Below are positions 9,567 through 20,162 of a stretch of DNA of 64,000 nucleotides, piece after piece. The stretch's first letter is position 1. Every line of letters begins with the position of its first letter. Position numbers and translations under genes: made by a program. The notes beneath the pieces were generated by a model. That model was given only the letters and a program-made list of their open reading frames with translations, did not search any database and was not told where the DNA came from. The stretch lies in sequence record OR805294.1; one strand, 5' to 3'.

Positions 9567-10547
9567 ATGGGAAGACCTATTAAAAGCGATTGGTTTGGTG
9601 AAAGCGAAACGGGCCAACCTAAGTTAAGCATATATGCTAAGTTACCTGGTATGACTAATGCTGCCGAGGGTTTTATAGTAGCACAAAAAGGTACTCGTAA
9701 ATATAAAGTAAACGTTAACGACACTATAGGCGATGTCTTTCTAGTTAATTCTAAATTAGCTGATTTAAATGAAGGCGAAGGGGTTATATTCGTAGGCGAA
9801 GTAGATAGTGACATAACTGTTTCTAAAATACAACAATACGGATTAGTAGCAGTTAATTCCACTGGCGAAATTCAATTCGGCGGACAAACACAATGGGTAG
9901 TAGACGAAGAAACAGGATTACAACCTGATACTAGTTCTGTCCCGCAACCAAGTAATCAAACGTTGCTTGCAAATGCCAGTACTGCATTTAAGAAAGAAAA
10001 CGGAACATTATGGACTGGTTCGGGAATACCGGCATCAGGAATGTTAGTATCTAAAAATAATATAATTGAACTTGCATTGTCTGCACACTTGCGCGGTTCT
10101 GTTATTAACAGAAAAATAAACGACGACGGTTCGTATGATATATCTCTAACTTCTTCAACACAAGATTGGGCGTTTGACTATTGTGTAGGTATTGTATCGC
10201 CGGCAGTAACAGATATAACTACAGAATACGACGTTGTTCTTACTGCATATTGCAATTCAGAAGGTAAAGAACAAAACCCGGCTGTATTTACTTTAGCAAA
10301 AGAAGATACATATGTATGGAAAAATACAGTTCTAGACGGAGATATTACTGACAGTGCATCCGATCCTGATAATCGGTGTGTTCAAAATACTCTTAGATAT
10401 ACGTTCTTTAAAGATAATGTTGTGCCTCCAGTAGGTGAAGAAGATCCTATAGTAGGTACATTTATTATCAAATTAGAAGCAACCCATAAAACTAACTTTA
10501 ATACTGTTAGTGCAAAAATGATAGTTCGTGTAACAAAAGATTTTTAA
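9567..10547 (+). CDS. putative virion structural protein
   Basis: AGGAGGAG RBS, late-like promoter, MGRP...GFIVAQKGTRKYKV N-terminus, acidic beta-rich composition. Confidence 0.7.
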   Translation: MGRPIKSDWFGESETGQPKLSIYAKLPGMTNAAEGFIVAQKGTRKYKVNVNDTIGDVFLVNSKLADLNEGEGVIFVGEVDSDITVSKIQQYGLVAVNSTGEIQFGGQTQWVVDEETGLQPDTSSVPQPSNQTLLANASTAFKKENGTLWTGSGIPASGMLVSKNNIIELALSAHLRGSVINRKINDDGSYDISLTSSTQDWAFDYCVGIVSPAVTDITTEYDVVLTAYCNSEGKEQNPAVFTLAKEDTYVWKNTVLDGDITDSASDPDNRCVQNTLRYTFFKDNVVPPVGEEDPIVGTFIIKLEATHKTNFNTVSAKMIVRVTKDF

Positions 10548-10560
10548 TAAAATCTAAACA

Positions 10561-10619
10561 AAGAAAAGCGCTTTTATATGCGCTTTTCTTTTGACACAGT
10601 TACTGTTTAATTGTATTAT
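10561..10619 (+). promoter_or_regulatory. terminator hairpin followed by sigma70 promoter
   Basis: AAGAAAAGCGC/GCGCTTTTCTT, then TTGACA(10591)-17-TATTAT. Confidence 0.75.
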
Positions 10620-10650
10620 GCAACAACAAACCGTACAGTAGGATACTATC

Positions 10651-10893
10651 ATGCAAGAAATTATAGTGTACAGAAATCCGGTAGAAGCAGCGTTTTGGTC
10701 GAGCATGCAAGACGGAAATATTGTACTTTTTCTTGTGACATTTATGATTATGGCAGTATCATTAGTGGTAATGTTAGTAGCTCTGTATAACACATTTGTT
10801 GTTAATAAACGGGTTCGCAATAAATGGATTTATGTTCCTGTTGTGTTAGGAATTTTAATTTCTATGATAACATGCTACAATCTATTTTTGTAG
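10651..10893 (+). CDS. small membrane protein (2 TM)
   Basis: two hydrophobic segments; terminator at 10904-10932 follows. Confidence 0.75.
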   Translation: MQEIIVYRNPVEAAFWSSMQDGNIVLFLVTFMIMAVSLVVMLVALYNTFVVNKRVRNKWIYVPVVLGILISMITCYNLFL

Positions 10894-11009
10894 AACGAAA
10901 ATCAATAAAAAGGGCTTAAAGCCCTTTTTATTTGTCTACGCATACCTTTAGCACAAAAATATTGTTTTATGCTATAATGTCCTTACTATAATGTATTGAG
11001 AATATATCT

Positions 11010-12095
11010 ATGAATATTAATATATGGTATACTAACGTAGAACTACAAACAAAAACAAAGAAACAAGTACAGATTTGGCCTAAAAAAATTACTAGTCCCG
11101 AACCTTCCTACAGTTTTACAAATTGTGTAAGAAATGTACAAAACGTATTTGACGAAATACATATTTTAAAGGATATATCTATTAGACACGGAAGTGCGAA
11201 AGTAATGCAAGCAGCAATATATATAAAAGAGATAGATATGTATGGCAGATTTGATCTGAGGGCAGAATCTCTTGTAGAACTTTTACATACAAAAAACATT
11301 TCTGTTTCGGAAGGTGTAATTAAAGGTAAGTTTTCATTTGATTTTAGTTCTAGTAGTTATAGAATTATTCCGGCAGATAATGTAATTTCTGCCAGTGCAA
11401 AGAAAACTGCAAAAGAACTAATTCCATTTAGGGCATATAAAGATAAAGTAGGAAATTCCGTTATATACCTAGGGAAGGCATCAACTGAATGTGGCAAACA
11501 ATTATTTTTGACAATCGACTTGCCTAATCATCAAGAAGAAAAAGGTCTAGCAAAAATGGCAGTAGATCTTGTAGGCGGAAGATATGCATGGTATATAAAT
11601 TCTGATCATAATGTGTATAAGAACGAATTTGAAAAACTAAAATCATATGACGAAGACATGTACAATGTTATACTAAAATTAAAACAATTAGATGTAGGTG
11701 ATCTATCAAGTATATATGAAAAGTATTTCTTAAAGGCGTTTTATTATTGCACAAAAGAAGGACATCGTGTATTTGACCGCAGATTTGATGTAGCAACCGG
11801 GCGGACGCTAGGCACCGGAAGTTATCTATATAGACTGCAATATACAGTAGGTGTTCCTTCGTTGTATCAAGAAATTGACGATATTAGTGAAATGTTCGTC
11901 AGTAACGGAATTCCTGGAACATATGTAGCTATTCCCAAGAAATGGCTATCTTACAAATATATCAGTGCTAGCAACGCATTACCTTTATACGTAGACTTTA
12001 AAAATAAAATCGTCCGTAAAACAACTGTAACTGATGAAATTAACCCATATGAATACGATGATAGTTTTATAAATGAAGTATTAAATCATATATAA
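11010..12095 (+). CDS. hypothetical protein
   Basis: 361-aa ORF. Confidence 0.8.
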   Translation: MNINIWYTNVELQTKTKKQVQIWPKKITSPEPSYSFTNCVRNVQNVFDEIHILKDISIRHGSAKVMQAAIYIKEIDMYGRFDLRAESLVELLHTKNISVSEGVIKGKFSFDFSSSSYRIIPADNVISASAKKTAKELIPFRAYKDKVGNSVIYLGKASTECGKQLFLTIDLPNHQEEKGLAKMAVDLVGGRYAWYINSDHNVYKNEFEKLKSYDEDMYNVILKLKQLDVGDLSSIYEKYFLKAFYYCTKEGHRVFDRRFDVATGRTLGTGSYLYRLQYTVGVPSLYQEIDDISEMFVSNGIPGTYVAIPKKWLSYKYISASNALPLYVDFKNKIVRKTTVTDEINPYEYDDSFINEVLNHI

Positions 12096-12159
12096 TTTAT
12101 TTAATACGATACTAGACTATATACGGTATTCTTTTGTATGATATACAATGACAGTTGGG

Positions 12160-12330
12160 AATTTAAATGCTTTTTACAGTTGCTGCAAAGCATGCAAAAT
12201 AACGCATACGTAAACAGCACAAAACACGCGCATAATGCGTTGTTTGTGTGCTTTGTGTATACTGCACTAGCATGCAAACTAGCATGCAAAATAACGCATT
12301 TTTGCAGCTATAACGCTAGGGGTACGCATT
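12160..12330. other. GA/TC-free island (171 nt)
   Basis: no GA or TC by hand scan; repeated AGCATGCAAAATAACGCAT. Confidence 0.8.
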
Positions 12331-12532
12331 CCTACAAATATAATAATTTGCTAGAATGATGTATATTTTTAAATTCTAAATTTAACCTATCCTATAATAT
12401 ACATTACGGAAATGTTACAATTAAAAATTTTATTATCTCAGACTTTATGCACATTCAATCTTATAATACTATATTAAATACAAATATATTTATTGATTTG
12501 CAAGTAACATTTAACAAACGGAGTATATTTTA

Positions 12533-12856
12533 ATGGTCTCTGTTAATATACCGTTAATTGTATCTAATAAAATATATAAAATGGAATTTGAATATGGCAA
12601 GGATGATGTGTTATATTTGTGTATGTATAGTGACAATAATACATATCTACATAATATAATAGTCAATACAGAATTTTCTATGCTTTTTGTTCAATGTATG
12701 GGTAAAACTATACCACTAGAATCGATATTATATATCCAGTCAAATATAAAAACAATAAGTGTGACTGATGATTATGGCTGTATAACCCTACATAACGATA
12801 CATTTTGTTTATGTACTGGATATTTTCAGGAAAAAGTTAAATTTTTTGCAGATTAA
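12533..12856 (+). CDS. paralog-array family, divergent member
   Basis: ILYIQSNIKTI motif. Confidence 0.55.
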   Translation: MVSVNIPLIVSNKIYKMEFEYGKDDVLYLCMYSDNNTYLHNIIVNTEFSMLFVQCMGKTIPLESILYIQSNIKTISVTDDYGCITLHNDTFCLCTGYFQEKVKFFAD

Positions 12857-12858
12857 AT

Positions 12859-13185
12859 ATGAATGAACAAATTATATTATGTTTTCAAGCATGCATTAAT
12901 AAATTTGCCTACTTAGGAAACCCAAAAATAAGATTATTTAGAATCGGTAAAAGTGTCAAGATATCTGCACGGAATTATAATAATATGGATATAGGTTCGT
13001 TTGACAGTAATTTGAAATTTTTATTATATATCGATAGTATCCAAGATATTGGAATATATGATGAAAATTTTATATTTTATATATCAATAAATTCAGACGA
13101 AATATCATTTTTGGGTTCTACAGGTACAGCACAAGTAGATACTGAACTTGGAATTACTATATTCTTTACCCGCACCAAAACATAA
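12859..13185 (+). CDS. paralog-array family member
   Basis: IILCFQACINKF / FIFYISINSDEI. Confidence 0.6.
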   Translation: MNEQIILCFQACINKFAYLGNPKIRLFRIGKSVKISARNYNNMDIGSFDSNLKFLLYIDSIQDIGIYDENFIFYISINSDEISFLGSTGTAQVDTELGITIFFTRTKT

Positions 13186-13194
13186 TCCTAAATT

Positions 13195-13452
13195 ATGATA
13201 TTCATTGCACAGCGACTATTATATAACATAACATATAATAAAAATACAATACTGTTCGGTTGTTTTAATAGTGGATATTTTTTAATTAATAGAAGAAGTG
13301 GTATTGGATTCTTATTTACAGATATATGTATGAAACGAATAAAATGCATTTATTTCATATTATATATTTCGCGTAATACTAATACTATAGGCAAAGATGC
13401 AATCTATATTAAAGATTTAGAACTACTCAGAGCAATGCACATACTTCGATGA
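13195..13452 (+). CDS. paralog-array family member
   Basis: MIFIAQRLLYNI / FILYISRNTNTI. Confidence 0.6.
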   Translation: MIFIAQRLLYNITYNKNTILFGCFNSGYFLINRRSGIGFLFTDICMKRIKCIYFILYISRNTNTIGKDAIYIKDLELLRAMHILR

Positions 13453-13757
13453 ATATAAATTTAATACTGCTACTTCAAAGATGTACGTCTGTAATAGGAG
13501 GATTCCAACGCGGCGGCGCAACACTTATCCATATTTATAGTGATTTTAATTTATCTGCTATAATGACGTTATACAAAAGAAGATGCAAATGCATTGTATT
13601 TACTGACATTTTGTTTAACGACATTAAAGACGGTTCTATAGATATCATTATCTATATAAGTAAGAATGCAAACCTAATACACGATAAATTTGCCTACATA
13701 GACACATCTGTTACAGATGAATCTTCTGTTCCTTTACACGATATGACAGGAATATGA
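13449..13757 (+). CDS. paralog-array family member
   Basis: LILLLQRCTSVI / IIIYISKNANLI. Confidence 0.65.
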   Translation: MNINLILLLQRCTSVIGGFQRGGATLIHIYSDFNLSAIMTLYKRRCKCIVFTDILFNDIKDGSIDIIIYISKNANLIHDKFAYIDTSVTDESSVPLHDMTGI

Positions 13758-14239
13758 ATAATCCTATATATAATTTTATACTTGCAAGACGAATATGCAA
13801 ACGGTATAGAATAAAATTCAATCCTTTTGTAAAATTAGATACAGGAAGTTTACAAATAGATAACGCAGATAAAATAACAGTTAGCGTAAATGTATTTAAT
13901 AGTAATTTTATACCTATATTTTGGCACGAAATAGGGCATTATATTCATCATACATTAGTTAATTATAAAATTTATTTAGATTACTATACTCCTATTTGTC
14001 CTACACACGGGTATCTTTTATATAATAAGACACAAGATTTTTATAAATGTCTTTATTCCGAAATGTTTGCTAGTAGATTTGCACTAAAGGTATGCGGAGC
14101 AAAACATAAGAAATACCTCATAAAATGTTTTCACACATACACTTCTGCTGCATTTAAAACCAACATCGCCAGCCAATCCAAATTTACAAGATTTGTAGAT
14201 TTTGTAGAAAAACTTTCTAGAAAATTAGATAGATATTAA
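13754..14239 (+). CDS. ImmA/IrrE-like HExxH metallopeptidase
   Basis: IFWHEIGHYIH with downstream SEMFASRFA. Confidence 0.65.
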   Translation: MNNPIYNFILARRICKRYRIKFNPFVKLDTGSLQIDNADKITVSVNVFNSNFIPIFWHEIGHYIHHTLVNYKIYLDYYTPICPTHGYLLYNKTQDFYKCLYSEMFASRFALKVCGAKHKKYLIKCFHTYTSAAFKTNIASQSKFTRFVDFVEKLSRKLDRY

Positions 14240-14524
14240 TATATGAACACTTATGATTATATAAGACAGAATAACGACAAAATAGTTACATTTGAAACCA
14301 TATTACATATAAGCAGTAGAAGTAGAGTAATAAGACTGCATTACAATTTTAGTTATATTTTACAACGAATGTCTCTAATTCTACCAGATAAACGCGGGAA
14401 CCTGGTAATTAAATACTTTTATTACCGAAGTGTATGAAATATATTTCGTGTATATTATATAACTTTCTGTTCACTACTTATATAAAAGTACATTCCAAAA
14501 ATATTGTAAATATAGTATAGTTTT

Positions 14525-14746
14525 CATATAAAAGTATGCGTATAATTTGCACATATAACGCAATAGCACAGCAACAAACAAAACGTAATAAAAAAATGTT
14601 GCAATAGCTTAAAAGTTTTAGTATAATAAGCACATAACAACGCAATACAGTTTACAAACAAAACGTAATAAAAAATGTTGCAATAGCTTAAAAGTTTTAG
14701 TATAATAAGCGTATAATGCAGCTTATATAACAAGTTAAAAACCCCT
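14525..14746. other. GA/TC-free island (222 nt) covering the tRNA-operon promoters
   Basis: no GA or TC by hand scan. Confidence 0.85.
14574..14710 (+). promoter_or_regulatory. tandemly duplicated sigma70 promoter (57-58 bp direct repeat) for the tRNA operon
   Basis: copies 14574-14631 and 14654-14710, each A-rich UP + TTGCAA-17-TATAAT. Confidence 0.85.
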
Positions 14747-14819
14747 CGGTAGCTCAGTTGGTTAGAGCGCGCGACTCATAATCGCTAGGTCACTGGTTCG
14801 AATCCAGTTCGAGGGACCA
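14743..14819 (+). tRNA. tRNA-CAU (Ile2/lysidine-type or elongator Met), copy 1
   Basis: full cloverleaf, anticodon arm CGCGA-CTCATAA-TCGCT, CCA end. Confidence 0.9.
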
Positions 14820-14841
14820 ATTTTAAGATGTTGTGCTTTTA

Positions 14842-14926
14842 GCCCGAGTGGTGAAATTGGTAGACACAGGAGACTTAAAATCTCCCGCTTCGCAGCGTAC
14901 CGGTTCGAGTCCGGTCTCGGGTACCA
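14842..14926 (+). tRNA. tRNA-Leu(UAA), copy 1
   Basis: cloverleaf with long variable arm, CCA. Confidence 0.95.
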
Positions 14927-14976
14927 AACAAAAGATATAAATACTTAACAAGATAGGAAACTATTCTAAAATTAAA

Positions 14977-15052
14977 TGGCTAGTAGCTCAGTTGGTAGAG
15001 CAAGTGACTGTTAATCATTGGGTCGTAGGTTCGAGTCCTACCTAGCCAGCCA
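14977..15052 (+). tRNA. tRNA-Asn(GUU)
   Basis: cloverleaf, U1-A72, G73, CCA. Confidence 0.95.
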
Positions 15053-15078
15053 ATTACACTTTGTTGTATATTCAATAT

Positions 15079-15154
<76 letters not shown>

Positions 15155-15223
15155 ATTTTAAATAACATTTGTATCTAAAGAGATACAATAGTCTAAATAA
15201 AATATTCATATAATGTTTCAAAC

Positions 15224-15300
15224 GGGACTTTAGCTCAGTTGGTTAGAGCGCGCGACTCATAATCGCTAGGTCACTGGTTCGAATCCAGTAAGTCCCACCA
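15224..15300 (+). tRNA. tRNA-CAU (Ile2/lysidine-type or elongator Met), copy 2
   Basis: same D, anticodon and T arms as copy 1; acceptor GGGACTT/AAGTCCC; CCA. Confidence 0.9.
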
Positions 15301-15350
15301 ATTTTTATATACAAATCAAACTATACTTAAACTATATAATGAATGAATAT

Positions 15351-15435
15351 GCCCGGTTGGTGAAATCGGTAGACACAGGAGACTTAAAATCTCCCGACGA
15401 AAGTCGTGCCAGTTCGAGTCTGGCACCGGGCACCA
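15351..15435 (+). tRNA. tRNA-Leu(UAA), copy 2
   Basis: cloverleaf with long variable arm, CCA. Confidence 0.95.
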
Positions 15436-15444
15436 AACTCCTAC

Positions 15445-15476
15445 AAAAGGAACATATTATAGTATGTTCCTTTTTT
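15445..15476 (+). terminator. terminator of the first tRNA operon
   Basis: AAAAGGAACATA/TATGTTCCTTTT plus T-run. Confidence 0.8.
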
Positions 15477-15661
15477 ATTATGATATTTTTATTATGAATG
15501 AAATAATGCATATATCTGCCAACACATACGTAATAGAATATCGCGTATTAAACAAGTTAGTAGTCACTATAAAAAATAATAGATCTTTTACATTATGGGT
15601 ACATTTTGATATCGGTACATTTTCTATGGCATGGAAATACAATGCAATATAGAATTAAAAA

Positions 15662-15823
15662 ATGAAATACATTATTAATTTACAATACTCAACAGAAGTA
15701 ATATATATGCCGTGTTTCAACATAATATCGTTATGCGATAATAGATCTGTTACTATCCTTTCTATTACTATGATATTTAAGATAAGATACTATTTGCATC
15801 CGATGTTCCGTTATATTCTATAA
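15662..15823 (+). pseudogene. truncated or single-unit member of the paralog family
   Basis: MKYIINLQYSTEVI start motif, stops after 53 aa. Confidence 0.45.
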
Positions 15824-16297
15824 TACATAATATTTTTATTGTAACAAATACCAGAAGTGCTTAGATAATATATAGCAATTCTGTTTATTATCGATATTGC
15901 GGTATACTTAGTATTTCTTATTAACCGTATTACATAGAATAAAGAATGGAAAAAATTTTAACTATTTCACATAAAACATTAATATGTGAACTGTCGTTAT
16001 TAAACTGGTCGAAATCCATAGTTTGTGCATATTCTGGCGAAATAATATGGTATGTTCGGTTGCATAAGAAATGTTATGTAGTACAGCTAAGATGATAATG
16101 AACTGTATTTTTTCCTATTCGTACTATTTAGAACGCATCGTATGTCATGCAAAAATCTACAAAGGGTTTGTAGTCAGTAAAAATACTTTTTGTGAGAAAT
16201 CCGTAATAGCTTTATACTTAATAAATAGTGGTAGTTATTTTCATAAATGTTATGTCGATCATTACTTAATTGTATAGATATATTTTAATAAAAATAG

Positions 16298-16326
16298 TTG
16301 ACCGAACAAACAAAACAGTATATAAT
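16298..16326 (+). promoter_or_regulatory. sigma70 promoter for tRNA-Arg
   Basis: TTGACC-17-TATAAT. Confidence 0.75.
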
Positions 16327-16377
16327 GTTACGCATATAAAGCATTATTACAAAGCTATCATTAGTTGCACAAGATAT

Positions 16378-16454
16378 GCGCTCGTAGCTCAGCTGGATAG
16401 AGCATCCGCCTTCTAAGCGGATGGTCGGGGGTTCGAATCCCTCCGGGCGCGCCA
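16378..16454 (+). tRNA. tRNA-Arg(UCU)
   Basis: cloverleaf, CCA. Confidence 0.95.
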
Positions 16455-16722
16455 ATTTTAAAGAGTGTTGTGTTATGCAAACAATAAGATTTGACATAAG
16501 ACTTCTTCGTTATAGTATGAAACAAGGTTTCTGTTGCATAGGTAAAGATATATTTGAAGTGTGCAGAAAAACTCGGATCAGTCCAGGTCAGCTAAACTTA
16601 CGAAAAAATTATATAGGACGAGTATTAATCGGAATTGATTCGAACTACAATCTGCACAATACCTGTTTAGTAGGCTGGACTCGCTATAAAAATATTATAG
16701 TATAAAAATTTATATTAATAAT

Positions 16723-16965
16723 ATGAATAGATGCAAAGAACATCTACAATACAGAACAATCAAAAAGCATACATTAACTTGTAGGAAATGCAAAGAGTTA
16801 TCGTTACAAATAAAATTATTTTGGCTTCAACAACAAGCATTCAGTATTAGAACCGATACTAGCGGAATATACATATTCGATATTAAATATAATTCTATTT
16901 ACGTATACTCTGTAGCTTGGTATAATACAGAATTATACGGTAAAGGGAAAATAATTTTAGAATAA
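16723..16965 (+). CDS. hypothetical protein
   Basis: ORF; CxxC. Confidence 0.5.
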   Translation: MNRCKEHLQYRTIKKHTLTCRKCKELSLQIKLFWLQQQAFSIRTDTSGIYIFDIKYNSIYVYSVAWYNTELYGKGKIILE

Positions 16966-16993
16966 ACATGTATATATAAGAGTACCTCAAATA

Positions 16994-17326
16994 ATGAATA
17001 ATTATTCTAATGATACAGATATTCTAAAATGGATAAAGCGTAACAATAGAAAAAATGCACGTCTAATTTCATATATAGACGGAATATATAATATTGTTTA
17101 TTTCGATGGCGGAAAAGCAAGAGTTGGCATAGTAAAAGACAATATGCACTGCAGATACGGAATACATAGTCGTGGATCTATGTATTCGAAAGATATAATG
17201 AGCCTGTGGCAATCTAGTACAGGTTCGTGTTCGCCCGATGATGTAAAGATTATGCAAGATTATCTAGACGATAAATGCATACTTCCGGAATTTGATTTTT
17301 CTCAGATTAAAAATTTAAAATGGTAA
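16994..17326 (+). CDS. hypothetical protein within the tRNA region
   Basis: 110-aa ORF with balanced composition. Confidence 0.7.
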   Translation: MNNYSNDTDILKWIKRNNRKNARLISYIDGIYNIVYFDGGKARVGIVKDNMHCRYGIHSRGSMYSKDIMSLWQSSTGSCSPDDVKIMQDYLDDKCILPEFDFSQIKNLKW

Positions 17327-17349
17327 ATAATATAACAATATAGTTTTAT

Positions 17350-17426
17350 CGCAGGGTATGCAAGAGGTCTAAGCAGAAAGGCTCATAACCTTTTTATCGT
17401 GGGTTCGAATCCCACCCCTGCAACCA
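17350..17426 (+). tRNA. initiator-type tRNA-fMet(CAU), atypical
   Basis: C1:A72 mismatch, CAT anticodon, CCA; only two G-C pairs next to the anticodon loop. Confidence 0.8.
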
Positions 17427-17435
17427 GTTTTATAT

Positions 17436-17512
17436 CTAGGCATAGCTCAAGTAGGTAGAGCACTTGCTTTGGGAGCAAGAGGTTGGGGATTCGAGGTCTC
17501 CTGCCTAGACCA
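17436..17512 (+). tRNA. tRNA-Pro(UGG)
   Basis: C1-G72, A73, CCA. Confidence 0.9.
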
Positions 17513-17521
17513 ATTTACTAT

Positions 17522-17594
17522 GCAGTCCTAGCTCAATTGGTAGAGCACTGTCCTTCCAAGTCAGATGTTACGGGTTCGAGTCCCGTGGGCTGCT
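17522..17594 (+). tRNA. tRNA-Gly(UCC) lacking an encoded CCA
   Basis: cloverleaf, U73, followed by CAA; U30:U40 mismatch. Confidence 0.8.
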
Positions 17595-18323
17595 CAATAT
17601 TCTAATATAATCGATGATTCGTGTAGTGGATAAATATGGAAGTATAGTTATACCATCTAATATAACGGTGCTGGAAATACAGGCATACACAACAGAGTTA
17701 GTGTATGTAAGAAAATCTCATTGTTTATGTTTATACATTCCTAATATAGGAAATTATGCTTTATGGTTTTTAGACAGATAGGATAAAAATATAAATCGAT
17801 ATTGTTCTGTTTAAGGAACCAACATTAAATGGCAGGTTGCATATTTAGACTCGATTTGTCTATTTTTCGTGAAAATGTATATAGTATTTCTAGGTTGTCT
17901 TATACAAAATCTATATGTGTTTCAATAAAAACTAAACCGACAAGCAATAGAAGACAATTAGAAATATATGTTGTAGATAAAACAACTGATTTTTTAGTTG
18001 CATGCAAATATTTTTAGCTTATCTATTTTGACTTGCCTTTAAAATAAATAACCATTATATATTTGATATAACAACTATTCTAAATAGAAATAAAACCATA
18101 AATACACATAATAACGGTGTGGATTTATGGAAAACATATTTAGGATATCTATTAATGCTAACGAAGGTATTATACGAATATCCCCTACTTACTTTTTTAA
18201 TGGTGTTTTTTATTCAAAGCATTTGAATATTTTTATAATAGATCCCGACGGATATCTAATAAGAAAAATATATACTTGTAGTACATTCTTATGATGATTT
18301 CTTTTAAATATACAAAATAGCAT

Positions 18324-18352
18324 TTGACACAAGTATAATTATTTCGTATAAT
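18324..18352 (+). promoter_or_regulatory. consensus sigma70 promoter
   Basis: TTGACA-17-TATAAT. Confidence 0.85.
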
Positions 18353-18383
18353 AAGTGTATAAAATAACAAAAGAGAATTTTAA

Positions 18384-18743
18384 ATGATTTCCAAAATTCA
18401 AATTGTATACGGAATATATCTTCCTACTGCTGATGCAAAAATTATATACGAAGACTCGGAATACGAATCTAATAAAATAAATAAAAATATTAGATTATTT
18501 GCAAATGATGCATATTTAGAAGATAAGATTTTAGAAAATAAGGAATTCGAAGATAATCCCTATGTTCCGCACTTTTATGGTATTTTTTGTAAAGAATTCG
18601 ATAATGACCAAAGTGCATACTTATATAATGTTCCCAAATCTTTTATAGATGAATATAATAATGTAGCTCCAGCTATTTTGGCTAGACTCGGTTATTTAGA
18701 TAGAGTTGCAGGAAAACAACATTGTAGAATAATCTACGAATAG
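18384..18743 (+). CDS. hypothetical protein
   Basis: ORF directly after consensus promoter. Confidence 0.75.
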   Translation: MISKIQIVYGIYLPTADAKIIYEDSEYESNKINKNIRLFANDAYLEDKILENKEFEDNPYVPHFYGIFCKEFDNDQSAYLYNVPKSFIDEYNNVAPAILARLGYLDRVAGKQHCRIIYE

Positions 18744-18757
18744 AATTAACTAGTTTT

Positions 18758-18847
18758 GGAGAGGTGATAGAGTCTGGTTTATTATACTAGTCTTGAAAAC
18801 TAGCGGATCGAAAGGTCCCGTGGGTTCGAATCCCACCCTCTCCGCCA
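18758..18847 (+). tRNA. tRNA-Ser(UGA)
   Basis: long variable arm, G73, CCA. Confidence 0.9.
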
Positions 18848-18852
18848 AATAT

Positions 18853-18942
18853 AGATACTTGACCGAGTGGCTTAAGGTGCTTCCCTGCTAAGGAAGTGAG
18901 TTTGAAAAAGCTCCGTAGGTTCGAATCCTACAGTATCTGCCA
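18853..18942 (+). tRNA. tRNA-Ser(GCU)
   Basis: long variable arm, G73, CCA; terminator at 18949-18976 follows. Confidence 0.9.
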
Positions 18943-19302
18943 ACACATAAGCGGAACAATTGTTCCGCTTTTTATTAACCTAATAAATGTTATTTTATAA
19001 TGTTACTCATTATAAAACACAATAACAAAAATATCTTATAATACTAGTTTTGAAATTTCTAAAATAATTTGCAATGATATTTGTTTTAGTTATTATATAG
19101 AAAAAGATTACTAGACAAAGTATTATTGCAGATGTCAAATGCAATCAACTAATATTATTATCTAATTTAGCAAAATCAGAAAATACTCATTTAAATCAGT
19201 ATAGTATTACATTCTGGTATTTTCCATTAAAACAATAAATTTACAATTTTATTAATACACCGAGTATAGTATATTAAATATAAATCACACGAGGTCACAG
19301 TT

Positions 19303-19518
19303 ATGAACAAACATTTCGATATAATTGCCGAACTTGAATATCCTACTTATACTGTACAAGTAAGGAAATATCGCGACGATGGTAGATATGAGGTTGGTCA
19401 ACAACCCAACGAGGGCGAGTATGTTGCACGCCACGAAAATTGCACTGCCGACGACGCCATCCGCGTACTATCTCACTACTGCACAGCAGCCCTTTATAAA
19501 ATAAAGAAACAATACTAA
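19303..19518 (+). CDS. hypothetical protein
   Basis: GAGGT RBS, elevated GC. Confidence 0.8.
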   Translation: MNKHFDIIAELEYPTYTVQVRKYRDDGRYEVGQQPNEGEYVARHENCTADDAIRVLSHYCTAALYKIKKQY

Positions 19519-19731
19519 TTAAATGAGAATATTTGTTATGTGTACAGATGCCGGTCCTTCACCGGCATTTTGGCAAGAACTAAACTGCGGAATAACCTAT
19601 GACACTAAAGATGCGTGTGGCGATTTCAGTGTTAATGACATATTCAATGTATTAGTAAAAAAAGTAAACATAGTGTTATGTGCGAATGTGTCCAACTACG
19701 AGATATTAAGCTATTCTAGGTTCTTAAAATC

Positions 19732-20004
19732 ATGCACATAACTAACCTATGTAAACTATGTTCCATGTATCAATATCTCGAAATCATCATGGAAAATCTG
19801 CAGGACAAAACAACATCAATTATAATTAGATTCGAAGTACCGACAGAGTATGGTAATATTTCGTCTTTCATATTTCATTTTAAAGTACATAAGGAAACAA
19901 CTAAAATAACTAATAATCTAAGTGATTATTCTAATAGAATAAATCATTTACATAACAGTTATATTAGATGGATTAATAACCCAAGAATGAAACTTTATAA
20001 ATGA
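19732..20004 (+). CDS. hypothetical protein
   Basis: ORF only. Confidence 0.45.
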   Translation: MHITNLCKLCSMYQYLEIIMENLQDKTTSIIIRFEVPTEYGNISSFIFHFKVHKETTKITNNLSDYSNRINHLHNSYIRWINNPRMKLYK

Positions 20005-20162
20005 TAAAAATATTTAAAATACAGATGCATTTAGAACATATAGTATATGATCATTTAGCTATATATACTATAGATTCATCATCATCAGCCATCGTTTTTA
20101 TTAATTTAAATAATCCTAAACCCATATGGAACACTCATTATAAACATTAAAGAGAATAATGA

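Noticed and set aside
12160-14746. UV-photoproduct avoidance or Z-DNA as the reason for the islands
   Set aside because: TT/AA runs are abundant in them and break purine/pyrimidine alternation; only GA/TC is excluded
16285-16705. ORFs 16285..16497 (-) and 16421..16705 (+)
   Set aside because: They overlap tRNA-Arg(UCU)
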